Shown: positions 1 through 10,106, counted from the first letter of the stretch. The stretch is 40,642 nt of DNA from a virus (IMGVR_UViG_3300027619_000006:1-40642); one strand, 5' to 3'. The notes: generated from the sequence alone by a model not told the origin. Numbers and translations: made by a program.

Positions 1-482
1 CCACGAGCACAACTCCACAGCCGCTTAACTCCACATACTCGGGCAGCGGATCGACTAGCACCGTCGCAACAACAACGGCATCGGGCGCGGGTGGAGTATC
101 TGCGATTACAGATCCGGTAGCGGCAGCGCAGGCAGTGGTAAACGCTCTGAATGCTCTGTCCGGCGGTGGCGCAACAAGCGCGCTCGCTGAGCAGATAGAC
201 CAGCTTGAGGACATCGTCCTCAACGGCAACGGACTTACGACATCGCAAGCGAGCCAACTCCAGACACTGCTGAATCAAGCTGGCCTGTCTGCTAGTGGCA
301 CGTGGAACAATGGCAGCGGTGGTAGCAGCACGGGGACCACCAGCGGAAGTTCATCTCCTCCCGTCGCGACCACCAGCGGATCGGGCACCAGCGCAGTGGA
401 CGGCGGATCTTACCCAGCAGTAACGGCTCACCAGGCAGCTGGCGAAGTGTGGGCTGTGGATGCAAGCGGAGTGGCGACAGGC
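1..482 (+). repeat. Imperfect direct repeat, copy A (homologous to 40152-40642)
   Basis: 1-88 is identical to 40152-40239 and 405-478 to 40565-40638. The interior carries many mostly synonymous substitutions and a 9-nt length difference. Confidence 0.95.
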
Positions 483-1283
483 AGCGCGGGTACGGCATTG
501 ACGCCCAGCGATAGCGGTAGTTCACTCGCTACGGCGGCTGGCGCAACTACGGACGCAGCCAACGCAACGAGCGATGCGGCGGGCGATACGATGAGCGCGG
601 CTGGTCAATTATCTTCTGCCGCCGGATCACTCCTGACCGTCGCCGCGACCTTGGGACCGCTTCTCCAAGGCACGTCCTTGAATTCTACAGGGGGGGGCGG
701 AACTGCGGCCGCTGGCGCAGTTATCGTTAGTGGAACTCCCGGCAGCGCCAGTTCTGGAACTGGCCTAGAAGGAACGTCACTAAATTCTACTGGCGGGGGT
801 GGCACGGCGGCTGCTGGCGGCGCCATCACCAACCTATTTCCTTCCGACCCCTCGGTAGGCACCGCCTTATCTATATCCGCCGCTCAAGCTGTGGAGGCGG
901 CCCTGGCCACGCTGCCTGCGAGCGACGCGGCAATCTCAGCACAGATCAAGAGCTTAGAGGACGCGTTTATTAAGGGCGGCGGAGGCGGGCTAACGCAGGC
1001 GCAGGAGAATCAACTCCAATCGTTACTGGCTCAGGTCGGACTTACTCCGAACGGAACTCCTGCCACGTCAGCAAACTTGCCATATCAGCCGATTGCGAAC
1101 CTGCCTAACTACAACCCAGTTGGAGGCCCAACGTCCACTGGAGGGGGCGCGGGAACGACGACGGTCAACGTGTCGATCGATGCGCGCGGCGCGATGGGAC
1201 TAAATCCTCAGCAGATGGCGCAAGTAGTCGTGGCGCAAGTCACACAGCAATTATTCACGAATGGGGCACGGATCACGCGATGA
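1..1283 (+). CDS. Tape measure protein, C-terminal part (5'-partial; continues the ORF starting at 36641)
   Basis: Frame 3 is open from the window start and homologous to 40152-40642. Ends with TTTVNVSIDARGAMGLNPQQMAQVVVAQV, a typical TMP C-terminus, and its stop overlaps the next ATG. Confidence 0.8.
   Translation, partial: TSTTPQPLNSTYSGSGSTSTVATTTASGAGGVSAITDPVAAAQAVVNALNALSGGGATSALAEQIDQLEDIVLNGNGLTTSQASQLQTLLNQAGLSASGTWNNGSGGSSTGTTSGSSSPPVATTSGSGTSAVDGGSYPAVTAHQAAGEVWAVDASGVATGSAGTALTPSDSGSSLATAAGATTDAANATSDAAGDTMSAAGQLSSAAGSLLTVAATLGPLLQGTSLNSTGGGGTAAAGAVIVSGTPGSASSGTGLEGTSLNSTGGGGTAAAGGAITNLFPSDPSVGTALSISAAQAVEAALATLPASDAAISAQIKSLEDAFIKGGGGGLTQAQENQLQSLLAQVGLTPNGTPATSANLPYQPIANLPNYNPVGGPTSTGGGAGTTTVNVSIDARGAMGLNPQQMAQVVVAQVTQQLFTNGARITR
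669..818 (+). repeat. Intragenic peptide repeat GTSLNSTGGGGTAAAG x2 (669-716, 771-818)
   Basis: Identical 16-aa peptide encoded with different synonymous codons. Confidence 0.9.
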
Positions 1284-4200
1284 GTTACACGCCGTCACTG
1301 AATGCTGACACGCTTACGCTGTACCTGGGGATCTGCGCGACTGGCCGCGCCACAGCGAGTTCGACCACGCTCGATATGGTTTCATTCGGTACCGTCTACG
1401 CACCGAATCCCGGCGTGACGTTTCTCCCTTCCGATGTCGGCATGCCCATCGCTATCGTCGGCGGCGGTCCGGTGGACGCACTCATGCCCGCGCCGTACTT
1501 CGTGCAGGGCGCGCTCTTCCACACGACCATCGCGGCGTACGTGAGCCCGACGCAAGTGACTTTGGCGGCCGCGCCCACGACCGGAATTTGGAATACCGGA
1601 TTTGCAACGGTCATCTTGTATCGCCCGTGCCCGTTCGCGAGCGACCAGGCCAACGTTCCGACGCAGTTTCAGTGGAATTCAAGCATCGCGCCTGGCACCG
1701 CGGACACGCTCCAATTCTCGGTTCTCAACTCGCTCGGCGGCGCTATCGGAAACGACAATCCGTACATCGATCGATTCGGGTCAATCAAGCGCGGGCAACC
1801 GGTGTATCTCTTCAGCAGCGTCACCGGCGATGTGTTCGGCGGATACATCGATACTCTGACCACATCGAGTCAACCGGGCGTCCCAGGCACGCCGTACTGC
1901 TGGAGCGCCACTTGCGCATCGTGGCAAGGTCTCGCGAAGCGCCGGGTCGTTCCACCGGCCATCCCGCAGGTCCTGACAAATGTCGATGGCGACGTTGCGT
2001 TTCGGACCATCGTGCTGGACTATCTCAGCGATGACGGCGTGTCCGTAACTGCGCCGACTGGACTCCCGCAGATCACGATTGCATGCGCGGTGGGTGCGAA
2101 CATCGGGCAGTTGCTCGACCAGGTGGTGAGCGCTCTCACGACAGCCACCAGCGCGTATTACTGGACTACCGACGCGTGGCGAAACTTCATTCTGGCTACT
2201 CGCGTTGCGACCGCCGCGCCGTGGAATGTTTCGGACGGCTCTGACTTATTTGCGGGAGATACTCCGTATCTGCAGAGCATCGTGGTGTCGGCGAACCAGC
2301 TCGCGAACAACGTGTATTTCATTGGCCAGAGCACGTTGCTGAACGCGCTCAACGCGAAATTCAACGGCGACGGAACTACGACCGTATTCAACACGCCCTT
2401 GGATATTGGGGCCGCGCCAACGATAACTCTCAACACTGCCTCGCAGACCGTCGGCATTCTCGGCGTGGACAGCGGCAAACAATGGTATTGGTCGCAGGGA
2501 TCGACAGCGATTACGCAGGACGCCAGCGGAACGGTTCTCGCCGCGACTGACACCCTAGTGGTGTCCTACCTGACAGCCACACCAGCCGTGGCGCAAGCGC
2601 CGAACGTGGGCAGCCTGCAGCAACTCCAGGCCATCGAGGGGACGTCGGCCAACTACGATTACTCCACGTCGATCACCAATCCGATTCTGCCGGCCGATCT
2701 GCTGGCACTCGCGAACGGCTATGAGGCTGAGTACGGAGAGCCCGCGACCACCTGCCAGTTCTACACGCTCCGGCCCGGGCTCGCGACCGGCCAACTGCAG
2801 ACCATCGCACTGCCTGACGCCGGTATCCCGAGTGCGTCTTACCTCATCGCCACGCTGCAGATGACGCTGCTCAATAATGTGATCGTGTGGCAGTACACAG
2901 CATTCGGCGGCGCGAACATCGGCAATGCACTTACCCAACTTACTCAATTTATCAATCGTCAGCAAGCTACTCTCAATATAGTTACTCCCACCACGCCAAT
3001 TACCGGCGCTGGCAGTCCTGTCGGAGGTAACTTCGCATCCGGCACCGCGGGCTTTGGCTCGACTCCACCACTGGCTTTCCCCAACACGGTGACGCAAGGA
3101 GACTTACTCGTCTGCATCGCGGGGCACAACACGATGAGCAATCCGGTGGTCGTGACGGACTCGCAAAGCAACACATGGACGCAGGCAATTTTCGCGCAGA
3201 ATTCTGGATTTTTCCCTAATTGCGTGGCGATTCTATGGGCCATTGCGAGCGCCACCGGGCCGTGTTCGGTGACATGCAATGACTCGAAATTTATCACGAT
3301 TGGCGAAATCTCAGGCGTGAATCCGCTGGGGCCGATTGACACAACCGGGTCGCAGAGTAACACGCCTCCCACGATCATCGTCGCCAACGCGAACAACGTC
3401 GTAGTGACCGGCATGTGCATGGACTCCAGCGCGATCACACCGACCGTGACCGCGCCGGAAGTGTTGATGGGCTTCAGCCTCGGCGGTGGCCCGGCGAGCG
3501 ATTGTGCCGGTGCACTGGACGTGGTGGCGTCCGCGGGCAGCTTTACCAGCTCCCTGACCACCACGGCTGCCGACATCATCTATGTCAGTGTGTCGTTCAA
3601 TCGTGCCAATCCATCGAGCCCACCGCCGCAGACGATCAACGTGCAGGCCAACAGTGCCGGATATGTCAAGGGGGCATCGGCGCTCACAAGCGTCAACGTG
3701 GTGCCGAAGATCTCTGCGGCGGGCACTCTCGGGCAATCCTCAATCACCGACGATGGGACGCAGGTTTCGACGCTCGAAAAGGTTGGCATTGGCACGGCTG
3801 CTCCCGCGGCACCCCTGCACGTCGTGAGCTCGACCGCTAACCCTGAGATCATCTACGATGCTTACGGCATTCCGGCCAATGTCCGCGCGCGGCGGGCGGA
3901 TGGCACGATTGCCTCACCGACGGCGCTCGCGACTAATGATGTGATGGGAGGCTTCGGGTGCGCCGGGTGGAATGGGACTGCCTTCGTCAATTCGCTCGTC
4001 ATACAGGGCATTTCCCGCGACAATTTCACTGGCTCTAAGTCGGGCGCGGCATGGCGATTTTTCGTCACGGCAGCAGGCACAACAGGCTCTTTTGAGGCGA
4101 TGGAAATAGAGGCATCTGGGGCCGTTTTGATCGGCACGAATCCGACTGACGACGGATCCGGCGCGCTACTGCAGGTACATGGCAACGTCAATCTTCCGTC

Positions 4201-4894
4201 CGGATCAAGCTACCAGGTCAACGGCTCCCCCATCTCAGTCAGTGTCACGACCAAGGGAGACTTGCAGGGATTCTCGACGGTTCCGGCGCGCATTCCGGTG
4301 GGCAGCAACGGGCAGATCCTGACAGCCGACAGCACACAATCCCTCGGCGTCAAATGGACTGCTGGTGGTGGTGGCGCGGGCAATCTGGTGTTACTCCAGT
4401 CGATCACTGCCAGTTCATCGGCTACACTCGACTTTACGTCGCTCGATCCCACGCTGTATGACGAATACGAAATCCACTTACTAAGTCTGCTGGCAGCCAC
4501 TAACAATCAGACGCTGCAAATATTATTCTCCACCAATGGCGGCAGCAGTTACGACACCGGCGCAAACTACGACAATAACGCTGGAGTGTGGCTCGTGAGC
4601 GCGGCGGCCGCGGTCTCCAACAACGGCCAAAATGCGGGAGTCATCCAGGCCAGCGTCAACACGCTGTCTGGATTCGGGGTAAACGGCAAGCTCGTCTTGA
4701 TGTGCCCGGCGAGTGGAAATGCATCGCTCACTGGGTCGGTCGCATCGGTAGACGCGGCGAGCGGCAATCGATTCATCGGCTGGCAACTCGCCAACTTTTA
4801 CATCGGCGGCGCGCCAGTCAACGCATTTCGCATCGTGATGTCGAGCGGCTCCATGGCCAGCGGCATCGTGCGGCTGTACGGCATCGCGCACTAA
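1280..4894 (+). CDS. Large tail-tip/tail-fibre (receptor-binding) protein, 1204 aa
   Basis: Directly follows the TMP. Thr/Ser/Gly-rich beta-type composition, with fibre-type motifs VGIGTAAPAAPLHV and TTKGDL...ARIPVGSNGQILTADS and a C-terminal domain ending SGIVRLYGI. Confidence 0.8.
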   Translation: MSYTPSLNADTLTLYLGICATGRATASSTTLDMVSFGTVYAPNPGVTFLPSDVGMPIAIVGGGPVDALMPAPYFVQGALFHTTIAAYVSPTQVTLAAAPTTGIWNTGFATVILYRPCPFASDQANVPTQFQWNSSIAPGTADTLQFSVLNSLGGAIGNDNPYIDRFGSIKRGQPVYLFSSVTGDVFGGYIDTLTTSSQPGVPGTPYCWSATCASWQGLAKRRVVPPAIPQVLTNVDGDVAFRTIVLDYLSDDGVSVTAPTGLPQITIACAVGANIGQLLDQVVSALTTATSAYYWTTDAWRNFILATRVATAAPWNVSDGSDLFAGDTPYLQSIVVSANQLANNVYFIGQSTLLNALNAKFNGDGTTTVFNTPLDIGAAPTITLNTASQTVGILGVDSGKQWYWSQGSTAITQDASGTVLAATDTLVVSYLTATPAVAQAPNVGSLQQLQAIEGTSANYDYSTSITNPILPADLLALANGYEAEYGEPATTCQFYTLRPGLATGQLQTIALPDAGIPSASYLIATLQMTLLNNVIVWQYTAFGGANIGNALTQLTQFINRQQATLNIVTPTTPITGAGSPVGGNFASGTAGFGSTPPLAFPNTVTQGDLLVCIAGHNTMSNPVVVTDSQSNTWTQAIFAQNSGFFPNCVAILWAIASATGPCSVTCNDSKFITIGEISGVNPLGPIDTTGSQSNTPPTIIVANANNVVVTGMCMDSSAITPTVTAPEVLMGFSLGGGPASDCAGALDVVASAGSFTSSLTTTAADIIYVSVSFNRANPSSPPPQTINVQANSAGYVKGASALTSVNVVPKISAAGTLGQSSITDDGTQVSTLEKVGIGTAAPAAPLHVVSSTANPEIIYDAYGIPANVRARRADGTIASPTALATNDVMGGFGCAGWNGTAFVNSLVIQGISRDNFTGSKSGAAWRFFVTAAGTTGSFEAMEIEASGAVLIGTNPTDDGSGALLQVHGNVNLPSGSSYQVNGSPISVSVTTKGDLQGFSTVPARIPVGSNGQILTADSTQSLGVKWTAGGGGAGNLVLLQSITASSSATLDFTSLDPTLYDEYEIHLLSLLAATNNQTLQILFSTNGGSSYDTGANYDNNAGVWLVSAAAAVSNNGQNAGVIQASVNTLSGFGVNGKLVLMCPASGNASLTGSVASVDAASGNRFIGWQLANFYIGGAPVNAFRIVMSSGSMASGIVRLYGIAH

Positions 4895-4980
4895 CGCAGT
4901 AGCGTGCTGATGTCGATGCCCAGCGCGTGGAACATCGCCCAGGCGATGAATACCGTGATGATCAGTCCGTAGAGTCGCAT
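4891..4980 (-). CDS. 29-aa hydrophobic peptide (MRLYGLIITVFIAWAMFHALGIDISTLLR)
   Basis: GGAGA RBS 4 nt before the ATG on the minus strand. One TM-like helix. Stop overlaps the convergent fibre-gene stop. Confidence 0.5.
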   Translation of the reverse strand: MRLYGLIITVFIAWAMFHALGIDISTLLR

Positions 4981-5071
4981 GTTGTCTCCGGTTAGCAGTG
5001 TCGCGCGGCGGTGCCAGAAATTCAATACTGCATTCCGATAGCGGTACCAGTGTGGTACTATTGCCATCGAG

Positions 5072-5617
5072 ATGAACATCTTGTTGTCAATCTACGCCGC
5101 GATCGTAAACGGATTCGCGGGACTGAAATCTCAGATCGAGTCCGCGAACGCGAAGCTCGATCAGATCTTGGCAATTCTCAATGAGCAGCCGGCGACTAAC
5201 GTTATCACCGGCGCTCAAATCAACCTGAGCGAAGGAGCGAACATGCAAGCGAAAAAGCTTTCGAAAGCAGCGGCAATTGGAGACTTCCAACTGCTCGATA
5301 ACGGCACAGCGACCGCGACAATCAGCTTTGTCGATAGCGTCGGTGAGCCCACCGCGCCCGTGGCTGGTGCCACCGTGGCGACAAACGTAACCTCCAGTGA
5401 CCCCGGCATCGTGGTCGCGCTGGACAGCACCGGTCTGGTAATCACCGTGAGCCCGGCCAGCCCGCTGCCGACTCCGCTGCCGACCGGCGTGACGATCACA
5501 GCGACTCCGACGATCACTAACCCCGACGGCTCGACCCTCGGACCTTTCACTGCGGTTTCGCAGCCGATTGACCTCGTGGCGGGCGGTCCCGCTGGTGCGT
5601 CGATCGCCCTGAGCTAA
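5072..5617 (+). CDS. Putative Ig-like beta-sandwich protein with N-terminal coiled coil
   Basis: Beta-rich C-terminal part (ATISFVDSVGEP...TSSDPGIV...VAGGPAGASIAL). Second in-frame ATG at 5243 has a strong AAGGAG RBS. Confidence 0.6.
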   Translation: MNILLSIYAAIVNGFAGLKSQIESANAKLDQILAILNEQPATNVITGAQINLSEGANMQAKKLSKAAAIGDFQLLDNGTATATISFVDSVGEPTAPVAGATVATNVTSSDPGIVVALDSTGLVITVSPASPLPTPLPTGVTITATPTITNPDGSTLGPFTAVSQPIDLVAGGPAGASIALS

Positions 5618-5735
5618 CCAAGACACACCCAACCAACAATGTGCCTGCGGGCCGCAGTAAGCTGGATGGCCAGCGAGACAGCGCAGGAGAAGCACCCCGG
5701 TGATCCGGCGAGGCCATCCCGCCGGCACCACTTAT

Positions 5736-5906
5736 ATGGACTCGATCTACCCATCCTACAGCCGGGTTCTCGCGGATCTGAGAGCCCGGTTGAAACATGT
5801 TGAGGCCGCAATCGCGGCCATGGAATCGCTCGCAATCCGGCGAGCGGAGGATATCCTGCCATGCGCTCCCTGTCCGTCGTCTTCGCCGTCATCGCGGCCA
5901 TCCTGA
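5736..5906 (+). CDS. Small coiled-coil protein (MDSIYPSYSRVLADLRARLKHVEAAIAAMESL...)
   Basis: Amphipathic heptad pattern; fills the gap between neighbouring genes. The 3' end overlaps the next gene. Confidence 0.4.
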   Translation: MDSIYPSYSRVLADLRARLKHVEAAIAAMESLAIRRAEDILPCAPCPSSSPSSRPS

Positions 5907-6412
5907 TTATCATGCTCGTGGCCTGCACAAGCACTCAGATCGTCACAGATCTCGAGGTCGCACTCGACGCCATCCAGGTCGGACTGCCGATCCTGGGCAC
6001 CGTGTCTGGCGTGCCCGCGGATGTCCTCACGGCGGCGCAGACCTACGTCGCCGCAGCCAACTCGGCGCTCGGGCAGGCGAGCACGATTCTGACGGGCCCG
6101 GGCACGGACGCCGAGAAAACTGCGCTGATCTTCGCCGCGTTCGCTGGCATCGCGGCACCCAACATCCCCGCGCAGTACCAGGCTATCGCGCAGCTCGTGA
6201 GCGTGGTCGCGGCGGATGTCGCCAAATTCCTGGCATCGTTGCCGCCGGCCAGCACTGCCGGGATCGCGGCCACGCGGACCGTCGGCAATAGCGCGGCTGT
6301 CATGGGCCACACCACGCACCGGTGGTCGCCAACCGACCAGGCTAAACTGGCGCACGCTTTGAGCGTGGCGAACGCAAATTCCGCCGCGCTTGCCAAATTG
6401 CGCGGGAAATAG
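5861..6412 (+). CDS. Putative lipoprotein
   Basis: GGAGG RBS. Basic N-terminus, hydrophobic stretch and lipobox LVAC, followed by an Ala-rich helical mature part. Confidence 0.75.
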   Translation: MRSLSVVFAVIAAILIIMLVACTSTQIVTDLEVALDAIQVGLPILGTVSGVPADVLTAAQTYVAAANSALGQASTILTGPGTDAEKTALIFAAFAGIAAPNIPAQYQAIAQLVSVVAADVAKFLASLPPASTAGIAATRTVGNSAAVMGHTTHRWSPTDQAKLAHALSVANANSAALAKLRGK

Positions 6413-6478
6413 TAGCCTCATATAAATAGCTGAATCGCAAGGGCTTGCTTGTCACTCGGGGGAGGGACGGCAAGTCCT

Positions 6479-6539
6479 TGTTCTGTTTCCGGAACATTTT
6501 CAGGATTTTCTCCACCGCTCAATCGATCTCCTGCATACT
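6479..6539 (+). promoter_or_regulatory. Palindrome TGTTC-N8-GAACA (6479-6496) and -10-like CATACT (6534-6539)
   Basis: Same motif and same spacing recur at 9493-9553. Located at the start of the early gene region. Confidence 0.6.
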
Positions 6540-6573
6540 GTGTTTGTCAGCCACCAACTGACAGGAGAAAAAA

Positions 6574-6795
6574 ATGAGCACAGCGAAAGCATTCACAGAG
6601 CGCGAAGCGGCGATAGGATTTATCGTCAGTGAACTTTGTCACGGAGACACAACCTGCTTGCCGGGAAAGATCATCGAGATTTACCCTCACGATGGCCAAT
6701 TCCGCGGACAACTCGTGCAGCATGTGGTTACAGAGTCAGAATATGTCGCAGCCTGCATCCGGATGGACAACAGACAATTCCCCGAGCTCCGCTGA
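6574..6795 (+). CDS. Hypothetical early protein, 73 aa
   Basis: Strong AGGAGA RBS; first ORF after the AT-rich intergenic region. Confidence 0.7.
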   Translation: MSTAKAFTEREAAIGFIVSELCHGDTTCLPGKIIEIYPHDGQFRGQLVQHVVTESEYVAACIRMDNRQFPELR

Positions 6796-6892
6796 TTGCC
6801 TCGGCACTCAGCCCTCCGTGATCAGCGGAGCGTCCGGGGTGGTACTCGGGACACGGGCTACGCAACGCCCGATAAACTCAGAGGAGATTCAC

Positions 6893-7174
6893 ATGGCACT
6901 ACTAGACGTTTCCATTCACATGGTGCATTCGTACGCACCGGCGAAATTCCCGATCAGCATCGAAGCCGTAGAGGCTCACAGCGACATGCCCGCGTACTAC
7001 CGCGTCGAGATGGCCGGCGTCCGCATGGTCATTACCGACGCGCACCGGCGCCAGATTATCGACTGCCTAGCCAGTGCGCCACAGCTGCCAAAGTCTGATG
7101 CGCAGATCGATGCCGAGCGCGAGGACGGCGCGTACGCCATGGGACAGGCGGATTGCGAGGTGCTCCGTGGATAA
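6893..7174 (+). CDS. Hypothetical protein
   Basis: GAGGAG RBS before ATG 6893; coupled to the next ORF. Confidence 0.7.
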   Translation: MALLDVSIHMVHSYAPAKFPISIEAVEAHSDMPAYYRVEMAGVRMVITDAHRRQIIDCLASAPQLPKSDAQIDAEREDGAYAMGQADCEVLRG

Positions 7175-7430
7175 GCCAACGTGCGCGCAGATGGTAGACG
7201 AGGAAGGGCTCGCCAGCGTCTACCGCGAGGACGATGCTACGTGGCGTCACGGAGCCTACGTCACGGAGGTGTTTCTTCGAGCTGCCGACCAAACATTCTG
7301 GCGAGCCAAGTACCGCAGGTCCGCCGATGGCGAAACAAACGGACTGGCTGACGGATCAGCCAAGATCGTGCAGGTTTTCCCGTACGATGTGACAGTTACT
7401 AAATACCGCGAGGTGTCTGATGCCCGCTGA
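7167..7430 (+). CDS. Hypothetical protein (GTG start)
   Basis: Overlaps both the preceding stop and the ERF start. Confidence 0.6.
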   Translation: MDKPTCAQMVDEEGLASVYREDDATWRHGAYVTEVFLRAADQTFWRAKYRRSADGETNGLADGSAKIVQVFPYDVTVTKYREVSDAR

Positions 7431-8186
7431 CCTCATCCCCGCCGGCATCCCCGCCGGCACACAGCAGCAGATGGAGCGTGCGCTGGATGCGCAGCGGCAG
7501 CCCACGCCGATGGAGATGATCGCCGCGATCGCGCGCGACCCGAGCATCCCGATTGACCGCATCTCGGCTCTGATCGGGCTCCAGGAGCGCATGGAGGCCC
7601 GCGAAGCCGAAAAGTCCTACAACGTGGACTTTGCCGCGGCAATGATGGATATGCCGCGCGTGGCCAAGCGGGGCGCTAAGAAGATGGGCGACAAGGGCAC
7701 CATCATGTACGCCACGTATGAGGACGTGGACGCCGCTATCCGGCCGGTGGAGACGCGCCACGGCTTCGCGCGATCATTCTCGACGCGAAGCGCCGAGAAC
7801 AAGTCGATCATGACTCTACGCCTCACGCACCGCGCGGGGCACTCGACGATATCAGAGCGTGTCTGCCGAGCAGACCCGGGCCCCGGGCGCAACGACATCC
7901 AGGCTGAGGGCAGCGGCGAATCTTACTCGCGCCGGTATCTCACGCTGGCGGTGTGGAATATCGTGACAGTGGGTGCCGACGACGACGGCAACAGCGCGGA
8001 CCCGATCAACCAAGAGCAGTGCATGAAGCTCCAGGAGATGCTCGACGGGCTCAACCTCACGCCACCGCAGATGGAGCGATTCTGGAAAATGGCTGAAGCT
8101 GGGACTATCAGCGGAATCCAGCAGCGCAAGTACGCCGATGTCCACCAGAGGCTCATGGACACGTATCGACAAAGAGGCGGCGGAAA

Positions 8187-8190
<4 letters not shown>
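7420..8190 (+). CDS. erf: ERF-family single-strand annealing recombinase
   Basis: Motifs YATYEDVDAAIRP, GSGESYSRRY and ADDDGN match the ERF superfamily; adjacent to an exonuclease. Confidence 0.85.
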
Positions 8191-9148
<958 letters not shown>

Positions 9149-9163
9149 GCACCGACGCTGGAC

Positions 9164-9436
9164 TTGATATCGGGCCGGCGCGTGAAAGCGCGCCGACTCG
9201 CCGAGGCGATCCGCGAGCTCAAAGGCGGCGCGGATGAGGCGCGGCAGTTCTCCGACCACGAGTGGAACATGGCCGCGCGCCTGTCCGCACAGTTGACCGG
9301 GCGCGGCTACCCGAAGCGCGGCGAGCAGTGGCACGTGTCCGACGTAACCCGCGCCCTGGTGATCGAGTACCTGTCGCGGCCCGAAGCGCCAGAGGTCGAT
9401 GAGTGCCCCGCGAGAGATGAGGACGTAAGTTGTTGA
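9164..9436 (+). CDS. Hypothetical protein (start uncertain)
   Basis: Fills the gap in the + strand operon. Confidence 0.5.
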   Translation: MISGRRVKARRLAEAIRELKGGADEARQFSDHEWNMAARLSAQLTGRGYPKRGEQWHVSDVTRALVIEYLSRPEAPEVDECPARDEDVSC

Positions 9437-9492
9437 CTGGCTTAGAGAACATGCAACCTGCTCTTTTTGTCAAACTGACCAGAATGCTTGTT

Positions 9493-9553
9493 TGTTCTGA
9501 AAACAGAACATTTCGCAGATTTTCCGCACGGGAGCGCGGTAATGAATCATTAT
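9493..9553 (+). promoter_or_regulatory. Palindrome TGTTCTGAAAACAGAACA (9493-9510) and -10-like CATTAT (9548-9553)
   Basis: Perfect 7-bp arms. Spacing to the -10 is identical to that at 6479-6539. ATG lies 6 nt downstream. Confidence 0.6.
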
Positions 9554-9559
9554 CGAGAC

Positions 9560-9712
9560 ATGACGGCACAGGAATTCATGGCGGGGTTTTCGAGCGCGGG
9601 CCGGATCAACGCGCCCGAGCCGCAGGTCGGCGACAGCTACGTGGCTAACCGCCAGGTCAACGGCGTGTGGGTCAAGGTGCGCCTGACGTGGGACGGCAAG
9701 GAGTGGCGATGA
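9560..9712 (+). CDS. Hypothetical 50-aa protein, probably leaderless
   Basis: ATG 6 nt after CATTAT; stop overlaps the next ATG. Confidence 0.55.
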   Translation: MTAQEFMAGFSSAGRINAPEPQVGDSYVANRQVNGVWVKVRLTWDGKEWR

Positions 9713-9882
9713 AACTCAGGCAGATGATAAGCGAGGCAGCACGGGCTCTGGACGCGACGGACACCGCCGATATAGCCAGGGCGCTATACGATCTGGCCGA
9801 CAACGGGTCTGGAGAATCCATGTACGCGTTTCTCGGGGCCATTCGCCCGTTGGCGAGTTACGCCAAGGAGGCTGGAATATGA
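9709..9882 (+). CDS. Hypothetical protein
   Basis: AAGGAG RBS; ATGA overlaps at both ends. Confidence 0.6.
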   Translation: MKLRQMISEAARALDATDTADIARALYDLADNGSGESMYAFLGAIRPLASYAKEAGI

Positions 9883-10106
9883 AGATTCCAGACCAGACGA
9901 GCAATGCCGGTCCCGACCGCGAGGACCGCCGCGACTGGCGCGATTGGCTGTACGAGGCCGAGGAGGCCAGCGCACGGGCCCGACGCGCGATGACAGCAAC
10001 CACGGTGCCGGACGCTGCTGGCGAGTTCCGCAACGCGCTGCGCTTGCGCCACATCAACGAAGCTATGGGAGCCTTGCAAGAGGCTAAGGATTTGCTATGC
10101 CGATAG
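9879..10106 (+). CDS. Hypothetical protein
   Basis: AAGGAGG upstream; coupled to neighbours. Confidence 0.6.
   Translation: MKIPDQTSNAGPDREDRRDWRDWLYEAEEASARARRAMTATTVPDAAGEFRNALRLRHINEAMGALQEAKDLLCR

Noticed and set aside
1-482. Terminal repeat pair as a DGR template/variable region
   Set aside because: Differences include many C/T and G/T changes, are mostly synonymous and are not adenine-restricted. No reverse transcriptase is present.
690-697. G8 tract as a phase-variation switch
   Set aside because: It encodes a Gly run that is also present, with other codons, in the duplicate peptide. A frameshift would truncate the TMP.
6438-6490. attP or dif-like site
   Set aside because: An inverted repeat (CAAGGGCTTGC/GCAAGTCCTTG) followed by a T-rich run is better explained as a terminator-like hairpin. 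No recombinase was found.
6796-6892. tRNA or known ncRNA in the hairpin-rich spacer
   Set aside because: Short stems are present (CTCCG/CGGAG, CGGGC/GCCCG), but there is no cloverleaf, T-loop or recognisable family.
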